A DNA stretch of 64,000 nt from the human T2T-CHM13v2.0 reference genome, Homo sapiens: the NCBI RefSeq assembly GCF_009914755.1, contig NC_060929.1; one strand, 5' to 3'. How positions within the stretch are numbered: the first letter of the stretch is position 1; each line of letters opens with the position of its first letter. Of the stretch, positions 27,251 to 41,517 are shown one piece after another. A program made the position numbers and the translations under genes. Under the pieces are notes generated by a model. The model was not told where the DNA came from and did not search any database. It saw nothing but the letters and a program-made list of their open reading frames with translations.

Positions 27251-28271
27251 CAAGTCCCCTGCTTTGCAACAGAATATCATAGCACTTCTGAGATCCTTGC
27301 AAATACCCACGAAACTGTTGAGAAGAAAGATCTCAGAGGGTTATTCTGTTAAGAGAAGAAAGCAGAATTAGCACAATTAGCATGGGGGATAGACAGGTAT
27401 TCATTCTTTAAAACTTTAAACATTTTGAGAAATAGAAGACCATTCAGCTGGTATCAGACCCAGGAAGGAATCCGTGAAAAATTAATCTCCAGCTATTCCT
27501 ACATTCTATGTGGGAAAGTTAAAGAGGACAAAATTGTAGTATAGGTAAAACAAGCCCTTACAAACACCTAACTTTGCCGCTTAAAGACTACAGAAAAGGA
27601 AAGGTTATTACCTTCAACTGATGTGATCTTTAAAAATTAAAAATCTAAACAGAAGAATATTTTATATATTTTGTAAAAATTTCCTATACAAATATTGTAA
27701 GACAATAGTAGCTATTAAAAATAAGTTAGTATTTTCCACTAAAAAATCCTAACTTGTAGTAATATTTATTTTCAAGGGAAACGAAAATTATGTGGTTATA
27801 CAAGGGTTTTTGGAAAGAAACACAGACAAAATAAAGACACTGCACTAAGCTGGCTGCACCAACTTAAATTTCAAGGGGGCTGCATCCTAATGACACATCA
27901 TGGAGGAGATGAAGATGTAACAATTAAATCCAGCTAATCAGGGGACATGAATATTTCAGTGCACGCTAAATACTGATGTGATTCCCCAGGCGGAAACTCC
28001 CACAGAGAATTCTATGAACATGAATAAAAGGGTTCTCTGACAAGGTCTGAATTGTTCATAAATTTTTATATTGATCCAATTTAGCAGGTATTGAATTCCC
28101 CATTCTAGAGAAACCAAGTACCTTTAGTGGTGAAACAGTCAATAAACTCCACAGATCAGGAAAGGCCAAAGTATTTTTACAGCAATGGTTGAAGTGCTTT
28201 GAAGAGACCCTAGATTTTAATGGATTAAGGACAATACTTTTTGTTTGGGAAAGCAAATGGAGGTTTAGATT

Positions 28272-28274
<3 letters not shown>

Positions 28275-28308
<34 letters not shown>
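28275..28308. repeat. (TG)n microsatellite, about 17 units
   Basis: Direct read. Confidence 0.97.
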
Positions 28309-28309
<1 letters not shown>

Positions 28310-29047
28310 TACACATACCCATACACACAGACATGCAATTACCAACATATACACATACAGAGTATATATAAAACTCAAGGCACATGCTTCCAGACTTCTA
28401 ATTAAAGTGTAAGAGTTATCCAAGATGTCAGCTATTTAGATATTCAATACAATCATTTTTAAATGCATTCCCATCTTTTAAAAGATACTTTAATATGCAT
28501 TATTTCATTTAAAGAAAATCAGTTTTAAAATGCTTGATGCCACGGCATGCTCCGTTTCAGGGAAGGCCCAGGCAGGCCCTGGCTTGTCTTGCCTCACCAC
28601 AGGGCTGCTGACGGATGGGCCATTTACCGTTTGCTGGTACATCTAATCCAAAGCACCAGGAGAGGAGGAGACACATTTCAAATCTGCTTCGTGTTCCCTC
28701 TCTGATGGGGCCCTGCTGACTGCTTCAGAGAACAGTGTGTTTAGATAGAAAGAAGGAATGGCTTTTAGGTCTGAATCTTCTTTCCTTTCCAATCACTCTA
28801 ACCCAGCCAACAATAGTCCCAACTCGGATCACTTTGTTCCCAGAAAATGAAGAAAATGGGAAAGAGATTAGGTAGAAAGAAAACAACATGAAAAAACAGT
28901 TTCATGGTTAAGGACATAGGCTTTGTCAAAATGCAAAAACAAAATACCCTGGACTTGAGTATTAGTTCAGCTTTGGGTAACTCGTTTAACTTTTCTAAGC
29001 CTCAGTCTACTCATCTTTAAAATGGGAACAACACCCACTCATTCTAG

Positions 29048-29437
<390 letters not shown>

Positions 29438-30759
29438 ACTGCCACCTTACTGACCACAATTATCATATGCCACCCCTTCTGCCTGCTAAAAAGTGTCAAA
29501 ATAAAATCAGGCTTTGAAAACAGTGGTACATTACTATCCTATCTCATTTTCACAAGTCCTGATTAAGCAATCAGAATGATTCAACACATTGGAGCCTAGA
29601 TCACATTAATCAGAGTAATCTAGAGTCTGCCTTTCAACACGTGTAATTGAATCAGCTGCTCCCTGCACCCAGGCTGGGCCAGCAGGTAAGCAGGCAAACA
29701 CATTCATCCTAAACAGCCTGGAAACTGGAGTAGCCTCATGCCCGCTTTGCACCCTCTGCCTCATGGGTCCTCATATCATTCAGGTAAGAGACAGTCAAGA
29801 ACCAAGCGGGACATACATAATGACCCCAAAATCAATTTCCATAAAAACGCATCTCAATGGTACAAAAGAGAGGACCAAGGAAGTTATTTTAAGCAAGGAC
29901 ACACACAAAGGTCATCTATTCATGATAGAAAAATAATCAAAAATAATAAGTTTTTGAATAAATTGTGTGGCAGGAATAGAATAATCCTAAGTTGTCACCA
30001 AAACAGAGAAATATATAATTAACTTAGCAATCATTATTTCCCACATGTATGACTCATTTCCTAAGTTCTTTCATGTTGGTTTCCAATTGTCCCCCACAGA
30101 TCACCTATTCTCCCCCATCCACTTTCTCTTTCCTCCTTTTTTCCCATAACCCTTAGTATGACCTGACATCATATCCTAACATTTTTTTTTGTTGACTCAC
30201 TGCCCCCATAAAATTATGAGTTCCAAGAAGGCAGGGATGTCAAGAGGCTGGGGAAATAGCTCATGAACAAGAAGAACTGTACCTGGCACATGGTAGAATT
30301 TCACGCAGTATTTGTTGAACGGGTAAAGTTAGCAAATTAGAAAATACAGATAAAGGAACATTATCCTTACCTCTTCCCACCACCACTATGAGATGATATC
30401 ACCTGCAAATATCTGTCAGACATTTCTGTAAGTGTAACTACACTTAAGATAGTTTATGCAAAACAATTTTTAATATAGTATTATTTTTAGCCAAAATATC
30501 TAACTAGAAAGAAGTCCAAAAATACATGTACCAAAATGTTAACAACATCCCCAGGTAATCTCTGTGTAGTGTGATTACAGATGATTTTCTTTCTCAGGTT
30601 TATTGTATTTTTTCTATAATAAACATATATTAGTATTATACAATTTTTAAGTGTTTTCTTGACCCTATTTACAAAGTCTTATGAAGAATACAAATAAATA
30701 GGTAATCCTTGCTCTCAACAAGCTCCCAGTGTATTCAGAGAGATAAACCAAGGATTTTC

Positions 30760-31190
30760 CAAATCTAGGAGTTGGAAAGATCATTAACTGTCCTCTTATC
30801 CAACAGTCCAGCCAGTGCCAGAATCCTGTCTACAGTGCTGCCTGCAGGTGGTCACTATGTCTATGTGCTAAAAAGCTCGGCAACTCCTCAGACAGCCAAG
30901 CCTGCTCACTGTTGGATAGCTACTGGCATTTGCAAATTTTACCTTACATAGCAACTCTGAAATTGCCTCCTTGCAACTTGTCCCATTGGTCTAGTTCCAT
31001 AAGTAGGATAAAATTAGCTCTCTTTTATACTCCAAACTCTCCAAGTAATTCACTCTATCAGTAAGATCCTTCCTAAATCATCAAACCTCCAGAACAATCC
31101 TTGATCGCCCAGGGGCCCCTAGGATGTCAGTGTTCCTTTTGGTAAATGGTAGCCAGGACCAAGCACAGTACTCCAGATGAATTCTGCCTA
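30760..31190 (-). mobile_element. CR1/L3-like ancient LINE fragment
   Basis: cctccttgcaacttgtcccattggtctagttc and ccaggaccaagcacagtactccagatg resemble the CR1 3' region. Confidence 0.5.
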
Positions 31191-33160
31191 GCTCATTCTT
31201 ACGTGTCGATCACTTTACAAGAGTTTTCATAGAATTCTCACAGTAAACCGAGATAGGTGCTACAATGAACTCATTTCACAGATAAGGAAACTGAGGCACA
31301 GTCAGTTTTCTAGTACTTGAAACCACAAACTTCCAAGCTGACCTGTCACATTTACCACGGGTATCCAGGGTCACACATTTTGAGATCCCATATCTGGTGT
31401 GGGCTAAGGGAGAGAGCCTGAGGACTCAAGACTGCAGACTTGGATGGTGCTCAGCACCAGATGGTTTATAGCAGTGCTGCTCAAATTGGAAAGGCCATTG
31501 GTACCAGAGGGAGTTTCAGTGGGATCCCCATGCTTGCTCTGACAGTGCCTGGCACCAGAGGTAAGAAGCTCCCCTGTATAGGTAAAGGGCAGCCTGAACT
31601 CTGTAGCCAAAAAGGCGCTGTTCTACCCAAAAAGACCTTGTTCCTGCAAGTAAGCCATGAACCTACCAAAGCTGGTGCACCTCCTGCACCCCACCCCATC
31701 TGCCAACACTAGCCTGGCCAGGGCCTGTGAGTGTTTTGCAATCCCTTTGCCAAATCAAAGATGTCAGAATTGCAGATAAAAGCTACAACACAATGCAAGT
31801 CAACCACAGACCAGAATGAAATCTGGTGGTTTGAGTCTAGCTTGACAGCGCTCCAGCTCTTTTCCTGTAAGGAGCTGCTTCTCCCTCAAAAGCAGCCTGT
31901 CCTCCTACTTTGTCTCTAGAAACCACAACATACTAGTAATTCGGACAGGTATGCAACAGCTCAACATTATCTTAATATAAAAAGCCTCCCTGTTTCTTCC
32001 CCCTACCTACAAGAAACACCAACATTGTATCACATATTGTCTTGCCAGTTCTCTTACAAACTGACTTATTCCTTTTTTGTCCCCTTAATTTCATGGGCTA
32101 ATTCTGAAATTAATAAAGTATGGCAGGGGTAGTGGCATTACTCGCTGCAGATGGGATAGCTAAGGACAATGCAAGGTCTCCTACATCGGCACTCACCTCT
32201 ACCCTTCTGCCGTTACAGGGACTCTGTGACACCCTTGAAAGAGAAAGCAGCAGGAAGAATAAAGAGGAGGCCACCATGATGGGCTGATAAAAGAAACGTT
32301 TCCTTGGGGTTTACGTTTATTGGTTGTTTCTGACTTTCTCTAAATGGCAGGAGCACCCGACCCAATGGCACCGTCTTCCAACCTGTAACCACCCAAAAAA
32401 TCCATATTAGGTTCCAGACCTAATGGTAATAGAAACAGCTTCATTGCTGAGGGAGGTGGGGAGCTTTTGGGTAATCACAAATAGCACACAGCTTCCCAGA
32501 AGTAAGACTTCTTTCATCATATATTTTTGGGAATGACATGGCTTTCTGCCCCCAAAACATACATTCATTTGCAAGCTAAATTTCTCCTGTGCTTATTAAG
32601 AGGGGTGGGAGGGGGCGGGGAATGAAGGCTGCATATTTTCCCAAGCTCATGAAGCCCAGCCTAATCATTACTTCAAACATGCCACAGCAAAAGAAGTGAC
32701 ATCTAATCCTGATTTTCTTGTCATGTCTACCATTCCCCCATCTCCTTGTAGACATAGCACTAGGATGCAAACAGAAAAATTCCCTAAAGCTGCCTTATTT
32801 TGTTTCCTGAAAGCAGAAAGGCAGTGAGCAAAGAAACTATGAAAGACTCCTAGGCTGTTTAGGAATGATACATTTCCAACCTAGATAAAAATATCAAAAG
32901 AAAATCTAAGTCTGGCAGTGACTAGAAATACTGACATTTTTACAATACAAAAACTAAAATTTACCCAAACTCTTAAAGTTAAGCCCCACTACTAAAGAAG
33001 TTTACACTGACCATCATTAGGCATGGGACCAAGTACAGCGGTAGAAAAAATGTTGAGTAAGCTTTTGCCTGATATCCAGATGGAGTGTCCTAAGAGTCCT
33101 GCATGAGCTACCCTGTGAGGTCAACATTCTGAAATGCTAATCTTGGAACAGCGTGGGTGA

Positions 33161-33310
33161 TAATACAGTTTAAATGCAAACATCACTCTGAGATGGATAA
33201 ACAGGACTATAAGATCCGAAGACTCTGAGTCTTCGTAATAGAGTTTAAATGCAAACATCACTTGAGATGGATAAACAGGACTATAAGATCCCAAGACTCT
33301 GTGAGTCTTC
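33161..33310. repeat. Tandem duplication, 2 x ~75 bp
   Basis: taata(c/g)agtttaaatgcaaacatcact...gagatggataaacaggactataagatcc(g/c)aagactctg...agtcttc twice. Confidence 0.95.
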
Positions 33311-33331
33311 CCATTACCCTCAATACAGGGC

Positions 33332-33362
<31 letters not shown>

Positions 33363-34270
33363 CCAAAAAACCAAAAAAACAAAGCTTAGTTTTGGGCTCT
33401 CAGAAAAATATCACAAATTTGAAATGGGATGATTTTGCTCAGAGGTAAGGAGAACAGAGGCAAATTAGCACTAGCTGCCAAGCATATGATGAACTCTTAG
33501 ACTGCAGGGACTCACCAGGGTATGCAGCAAGAGATAATGGGTTTACATTTCAGCATGAGGGATTCAGGCTTGCTCTAAATGTCTTTCCTGACAGTGAAGC
33601 TTGGTATGTCTTACAAGGTACAGCGATGGCTGTGGAATTACTCTCCCGGAAAACCTTTCCAGTCGGGGCGAGTCTCATCTCTCTGGGATAATGTGGGTGC
33701 AGCCCTGCCTGGGAGTTTGGTCGGCAGCCTCTCAAGATTCATTCCAGTCTGATGATTCTCTCACTTTACACCAATAGATGCGCTGTGGCAAAAAAGGTGA
33801 GTCAACACACACAGAACAATTATGGAGGGCATTTCTTTTCATGTGGCAAAGAAAAACAGTGGTTATTCCAAAGGAAGCACAGGAACCTCAAAGCTAGCTT
33901 TTTGTTTTATTTTCTTAAATCCTGGCAATTGTGACTCATAACACAGAGCAACATTTACAGAAGTGTGAAATTTGCGCACTTCATTCCCTGATGTGCTTCA
34001 GCCTGGGAGCTATGGCATTTACACACCTGCAGGGCTGAGGGCTACCCGGAAAAGTGACTTAAATAGAACTGGAAATTTATTTAAAGTGATTGATACATAA
34101 AGGAACAGCTTCCTCATCCCCAAAATAACAGGCTAGAGTGAAAAAGGGAAAGAGAATCACCACTTTAAATTTTAACTTCAACAGACTGAAACTCTCTAGA
34201 CTTTTAAAACAATTTTTTTCTGGGGCAGAGAAACATGACCTACAACCACCACCTTCCCCTTTCAATAACC

Positions 34271-34565
<295 letters not shown>

Positions 34566-37500
34566 CAATACCATCCTTAAAAGAAACCAAAATTATTCAA
34601 AAATTGCCTGCAGTCTCAGGATTTTAAACATTAACAATTGAACCTATCTCATTTCAGATATCACATTTTTGGGAGGCAACAGTTGTATGTCCGTGAAGAA
34701 AAAGTGCAAACATGGCAAATCATTTCCTAGGGAAACACACAGGCTTTGAGTATCCTTATAAAGCAACAAAGTTATGCTGGATTTTCTTATATACCTAGTG
34801 CGATACTAAACCAAGGGCATGCCACAACAAGCCTATTTGGAGCTTTATATACACTGTACATGCTTGTGGAAACAAGGCAACTAGAGAGCCATAAAGAATT
34901 CATAACTTACATATGGAATATTAAAATTTTGATGAAAATGTGCCCTTTTCCAGATAAATGCCAGATGTTAAGAGTACTTTCATATCCATTCAGACAAGTG
35001 CTTTAACATGATTCAGTTCTTTGAAACTTTCTGAAGAAATATACTTGCACTTCTTTCCCCCATTACATTTATGGAGAAAGATTTTCACATACTTTTTATT
35101 AAAAACTTGACTAAGAAAAGATGAGCTGTGCTACATAAGTTAAATGATTTCCATAGAAATACATTATTAGAGTATACAAAAGGATAAATCTATGCCATGA
35201 AAGAATAATACAAAGCAGGCTCTTTCTATGGTGAGTTCAAATTCCAGAATATACCACAGGCACAAAACCCTTGTGGTTTACAGAATTCTGAATCTCGTAG
35301 TTTGAATAATGGGTGCAGGCCAAAGCAACTGTGCTTTTTTGCCATGTCTGTTTTTTTAATTAAGCCCTCCTAGTGGGTGGTGTTGGGGGGAAAACAGGGG
35401 CAACAGATCTGAGACAGGCAGCAGAGAACGGGGCAGGGGCAACAGACTAGTCCACAAGGCTAATTCTATATTACCCCTAAAGTCTATAAAGCACAAAGAC
35501 TCTAAATTCAGGCTTGACTAGTAGCAAGCAATAGCTTAGGCAGGCATCAGCCCCCATGATATCCACCAACTCTCTTGCAGGCATCCAACAGACATAATCG
35601 GTGGATGTAAAGATTGTGTTAGCTAAGCAAACGGCTTTAAGACAAGCCCTCTGTGCCTCCCCATCACCAATCCCCAGCCCCAGAGCACCCTGAATGCCTC
35701 CCTTAAAGAAATCTTGAAACTCCCACCGTCCCAGACTCCCTGCCCTCTGTCCTAGGAAGACAGAAAGAAGGGACACTGATTTGCATTGCTCTTGCTGTTT
35801 TATAGGTAAGATGGGAGGAGAAAAAGGGGAAAAGAATCCAAAGAGTAGGGGGAAGAGGGAAATAGAATGGATAGGCTGTATACATGGAGATAACCATTAA
35901 TTCTAAAGGAAGCCAAGAAACCCAGAAGGAGAAAGGAAAATAATAATAAGCAAATTAACATTATAGGTCTTTTTAAAAGTCTTTTTGAAAGACTTTCCTC
36001 TGCAGGACCATTCCTGCACCCAAATGTGTCAAAGCCTTAATCTTGCATAGTCTCCTGTAATGCCACCCCACACCCTATAACCAGCATGGACCAGCAAGGC
36101 CAAGCACACCAAGGAATGCTGATGTTTAGATAATTGGGTGGAGATGAGGTGTGCACTGAGAAACAAGTAAAGGTTGTTCTTGAAAAAATGTTCTCTCATT
36201 AAGACCCAGTCAAACTGCTCAGGTGTGGTGCCAAGGGGGTTAATGTACAAATTCAGAAGCTCTATATGGGGTCACATTCTGGCCATGGGGAGACACAAGG
36301 GTAGGTTTCTTAAAATGCATTGACTTGACCTCTTCCCCAAGAGCAGTCACCTTTTGAACTGCTGTGGGATGACCTGGGAAAAAAACAGAAAGCTCTGCAA
36401 TCAGGCACTCTGTGTGAGTGTTTGTAGTCAACAATCAGAGGGCTGTCTAGAAAACAAAATGCCTCATTTCTTTAATAGTAGCTATTCAGGCAGCAAGAGG
36501 CAATTTAAAGACTGGCCAGCAAAGTGCACTGTTTGGGAGATCGGCATAAATGATAACATTTCTATTCTACTCCAGCTTTTATGCATTGCTCAACTTCACA
36601 TTGCTTAAATAAAGTACTTCCTTCTGGGGATGGCAAGTACATGATACCTCAGCTACAGCTACTATGGTAGAATTAGATGGATATACCCCACACATCTAAG
36701 CTCCAATACAAAATTCTTAGGGATTTTTAGTAAGATGCACAAATGAGTATTTTTAAGCACAAAGTCATGGGCAGGTCTGGTCTTCATAGAAAGAAGCTTG
36801 ACCATTGATGGTAGTGTCTTAATCTAAATTTCTTTTTTCTTCTTTACAGCACCTACTTCTTTTAAACAAGGACAGATGGAGCCATAGGGTGCTAACTGGT
36901 CCCTTTACTCCTTTCACTTTTTTGTCCTTTTCTTCAATGGACTTTACTTCTAATCCATGGCAGAATCATCCTCTCCTTGTAGAATTGGGCAATATACCAT
37001 ATTCCTACCTCCTTAGGCAAGAAGGGACATTTCCAAAATTTTCTGATAAACCACAACTGCATGAATGGTGAGAAGCTTGGATGCTTTTTATTTCTGTGGC
37101 GTCATTAAAGTCCCACAGTACCCAGCCTTTGCTATGCACACCCACCCATGTCCCTATCTGCTTGTGGGAAGCTAATATTTACTCTACCCACTTCCTAGGG
37201 ATACCGGGGTCTCGGGGCATTCCTATAAGTGTTGTTTGTTAAAAGCACTACAAAAATGTTACAGTTCAAGGTAGTATTTACTGACTTTTATATATAACTC
37301 TCCTTACTGGTGTTCTTAAAATTCATCTCTAACATACTTTATTATGTTTGCCTCTGTTTACAAAATTTGACAAGAAGTTATAGACTTTTCGTGATGTGGT
37401 CAGTAGTTACAGTATAAGCAAGCAACTCATATGTTTTGCTCCCAGAAAAGAGCCCTTGGGAATACTTATCTCTAAGGGCAAGACTTGAAATCTGAGAGTC

Positions 37501-37995
37501 AGATCCAAATATTGCCAGATGGCTGGCAATACCTTTAAGCTGAAGAGTGGGTGTTTGGCTCCCACACTGGGCGTTCTGCATCCAGAACTGAGACTCTGTG
37601 GAAGCACCGAGTACATGCGTCCCTAAAGCTTTGGCTTCAGTGGCTCTCCTGAACCATTTCTGTTTGTCAAAGGCATGTGACCATGTCCTGGCAGTTCACT
37701 CAGATATCTGCCCTCCACACAAAAATTTGATCACAACTGCCTACATCCACAAGAAAGCTCCTGAGTCAAGTTTAGCAGAGTGCTATCACAGCATGGTGCA
37801 AGATAATTTCCCATCAGACAGGCAGCCATTCTCTTGAACCTAAAGACAAAAGGAGGAAGCATAGAAAATAGAGCTGTTTCATCACTTGGGTACTTATGAG
37901 TTTACATCTCTGCCCCAAAATGTATTAAGCTTCAGTCGGGCAATTACCTAACAAGGGCAAAAATGCACAGAGACAAGCAGAAGGCGGAAACCTCT

Positions 37996-38291
37996 TATTT
38001 TTTAATTTTTGAGACAGAGTGTCACTCTGTTGCCTAGGCTAGAGTGTAGTGCCACGACTCGGCTAACTGCGAACTCTGTCTCCTGGGTTCAAGCTATTCT
38101 GGTGCCTCAGCCTCCTGAGTAGCTAGGACTACAGGCATGCACTATTACACCTGGCTCATTTTTGTATTTTTAATAGAGACAGGGTTTCACCATGTTGCCC
38201 AGGCTGGTCTTGAACTCCTGGCCTCAAGTGATCAGCCCATCTTGGCCTTCTGAAATGCTGAGATTAGGGGCATGAGCCACCGCGCCTGGCC
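37996..38291 (-). mobile_element. Alu (old S or Jb)
   Basis: Full dimer; TSD ggaaacctctt. Confidence 0.9.
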
Positions 38292-39299
38292 CTGGAAAGT
38301 GGAAACCTCTTTAACCCAGAACATCTAATTGGTGGCTCTGTGGCCTGTATCATTTCACAGGTGGTTACCGGGCAGCCTCCAAGAACGGAAGCAGCTGTGG
38401 CAAGGGAATTCTCCAGAATCTGTGAGGTTTCTAGCTACGAAGAGCTTCAGTGATATCTGCTTGTCACCAGCAAGTCCTGGAACTCATCAGTAACTGACCC
38501 TACTACATGAGCCCCTACATAAGGAAGGCTCTCCCTTCTCACCCTCATGATCCATCTCCCATGGTTCTTAGCAAACCATCAGTGCCATGTTTTGACCAAG
38601 AAAAAGTAAAATGGAAAGCTATCCAAATGTTGACTGACTTCAGGTACTATGGGAGCACTGAGGGGGAAAAGAACTGTTATGTAGGGGAAGGATTCTATAT
38701 GAGAACAGGTAGGACCCTTTTCTCCAAATGTAGCAGTGGAAGAGAAAAGAGACACATACCAATGGACAGTTCATACCCAATAGACACAGTTCAGCTCACA
38801 CAATCCAGGCACCTGACTTAATATTGATCAAGTCTCACTGGATCACTTAAGACAGGATTCAGAGGTGACAGCAATGTTTTTGTCTGTCTGAACACAAAAC
38901 AACTCAAAAAAGGGTCTCAGGCATCAAACTCTCACCTCTTTAAGGTTATTTAACAGCCTAGGCAAAATTTTGGAGGTTAGAACAACTATTCAGCTGCTTT
39001 AGCACTTCATTTGCATAGAGAACAAGCTTCATTTTCCCTTCTCACTGTACTTGGTCAGCCTCAAGTTGCTATTTCCTATAGCTTTACAGCTGAAAACTCT
39101 ACTCTGCCATGCACATCCTCTTAAGTAACCTCGTTTGACTAAAAAGGCTTTGGGGAGGCAAATGTGAAATGTTCTTTCCCCACCTCTTACACACTTTGAC
39201 ATAACACAGAACAAATCAGGTGACGAGAAAGACTCCACCCATGGCCATCTGTCCATCTTAACACAATTACCTATGTGCTGGGCGTACCATAACTTAGCC

Positions 39300-40270
39300 A
39301 ACAGCCAATTATAGAATGTGTAACCAATTTTCCTTGTTGTATATTGCTACAATGAAGAACCTTAGAACAAATTCGTGGAAATAGAGTTAATTATCTGGCC
39401 AAGGCTTCTGACTGTGAAATTGCCTTCTACCGAAAGCTATTGCAATATATATTTCTCCCAGCTGTATCTATTTCACTTTACTCCTAACATGTGTAGATAT
39501 ATCACATATTTTTTTTTTGCCAATTTGATTCCAAAATAGTCTTCATTTTCTTGATTATTTCAGGATAAACTTTTTGTCGTAAATCTACTGGACACATGAA
39601 TTTGTTTTTTAATTGCCTGTTTATGTTCTTTGCCTGTTTTGATAGGATGATTTTTTAGAGTTTGATGTATATAACAGATATTAACTTTTCACCAGATACA
39701 CTGCAAATACTCTTTCCCAGTGAACTGTTCGTCTTTTAATTTATATAGCATTTTATCACATCTGTATGTTTCATATTTTTATGTAGCTTCCATAAACCTT
39801 TTCCTTAACAGATCCTCTCTCTGATTTTTGTTTAGAAAGACATCCTCCACCCCACTCAGATTCCATAGCTACCAACATTTTCTTCAGTGTGGTTTTCTTT
39901 TATGTGGTCATTTTTTAAACCTTTTATTCATCTGGAATTTCATGGCATACATGAATTAGAAATCAACTTTGTACTTTTCATTTATTGTTTGTCCTATTAC
40001 TACTGAATAATTATAGCTACATCTTTATGTTACTCTAAATGACAATATTATGTTTAATGCTGCATAGTGTAATATCTCCCCCTTTGTTTTATTAAAAATA
40101 ATATTTTAGCTATTTGTTTATTCTTCCTGATAAATATAAGGTCACTGTAAAGATTTGTTTTGAAATCCCATGAGGCTCTGGATCACAACACCACTAAACT
40201 TCTATTCTCCCCCAATCAGTGTAATCATGTGCATGACTGAATCCCATCTAATAACATGAGCACTCCATTT
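39300..40270 (-). mobile_element. Ancient L1ME-like fragment
   Basis: T-rich decayed L1 ORF2/3' sequence (aattgcctgtttatgttctttgcc, gatattaacttttc). Confidence 0.55.
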
Positions 40271-41244
40271 ATCAAATTGTATTTTTCTTTGCAGAGGCTC
40301 TCTTTAACCTAGACATAAATTCCTTGAGGACAAACTTTATTTCTGTTTTCTCAGTATATTCTATTCCTAGTAGCTAGTACAGTGTACTAGAATGAATGAA
40401 ATCAAAGTGACCTAGAACATTTGTCTTTAACATCTTATTTAGTATTTCAAACCCCAATTAGCTAAAACAGCACCATAACCCTGAATGCACTTGGTGTGTG
40501 TAACTCAGCAAAGGTCTAAGTGCAGGGATTTACAGCCCACCACACCACTCTAACAGCATAACCAACTCCAAAGACAGAGACCTTTCTACATTACTGCAAC
40601 AGCAACACAAAGGGGAAATGAACATGGAGGGTAACACTGGGTAGATTAAGATGAACCAAAATCAACAGAACTGGAACTCATGCTTGAGAACTACAGAAAT
40701 GTGTCTAGAATGAGGTATATCACTGCCATGGTGAAGTAAAGAAGTCAGAACACTGCTTTAAAAAGTCCTAGACCCAATGCTAAGAGAGATTTAGGACATT
40801 GAGATAGCAAAGATCCAAGGTAGGGGTGGGTAGACACAGAAATATCCTAGGTAAAAAAGACCTGAATCAATGTTCCCAACCTGTCTTCTTCCTGGCTCCT
40901 TGGTAAAGGGACTCAGCTAACAAAAACCAATTCACTGGTGGAGGCTGGATGGAGTCATTGTGAATCGTACCTACACTGCTGGTATGGATCACCTGCACTG
41001 TTTGGCACCTAAGGAGCACCTCTTTTGATCTAATGATTTACTAGTTTTAAGATATATTTACAAAGATATTTATTATAGCAGTATAATAACAAAAACTAAA
41101 CGAACACATTAATGCCCATCTACAGGAGAGTAAATAAATACACTGACATATCCATACTTTGCAGCTGTAAAAAAGAATGGTATATTGAAGACCTTGGAGA
41201 AAAAACCCACGACATATAGTTAAAAAATATTTTTTTTCTTAAGA

Positions 41245-41517
41245 CTTTTTTTTTTTTTGAGGGTGTTTCTCTGTCATCCAGGTTAGAGTCCAATGGTCCA
41301 ATCACAGCTCACTGCAGCTTCAAACTCCCAGGCTCAAGCAATACTAACTCAACCTCCCAAGCAAGCATCTGGGACTACAGGTGTGAGTTTTGTAGTTTTT
41401 GTAGAGATGAGGGTCTCCCTATGTTGTCCAGGCTGGTCTCAAACTCCTGGGCTCAGACGATCCTCCTGCCTTGTCCTCCCAAAGTGCTGGGATTACAGGA
41501 GTGAGCCAATATGCCCA
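41245..41517 (-). mobile_element. AluJ inside an old L1M 3' fragment (~41050-41760)
   Basis: Alu with internal deletion; flanks carry tttattatagcagtataataac-type L1M motifs. Confidence 0.82.
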
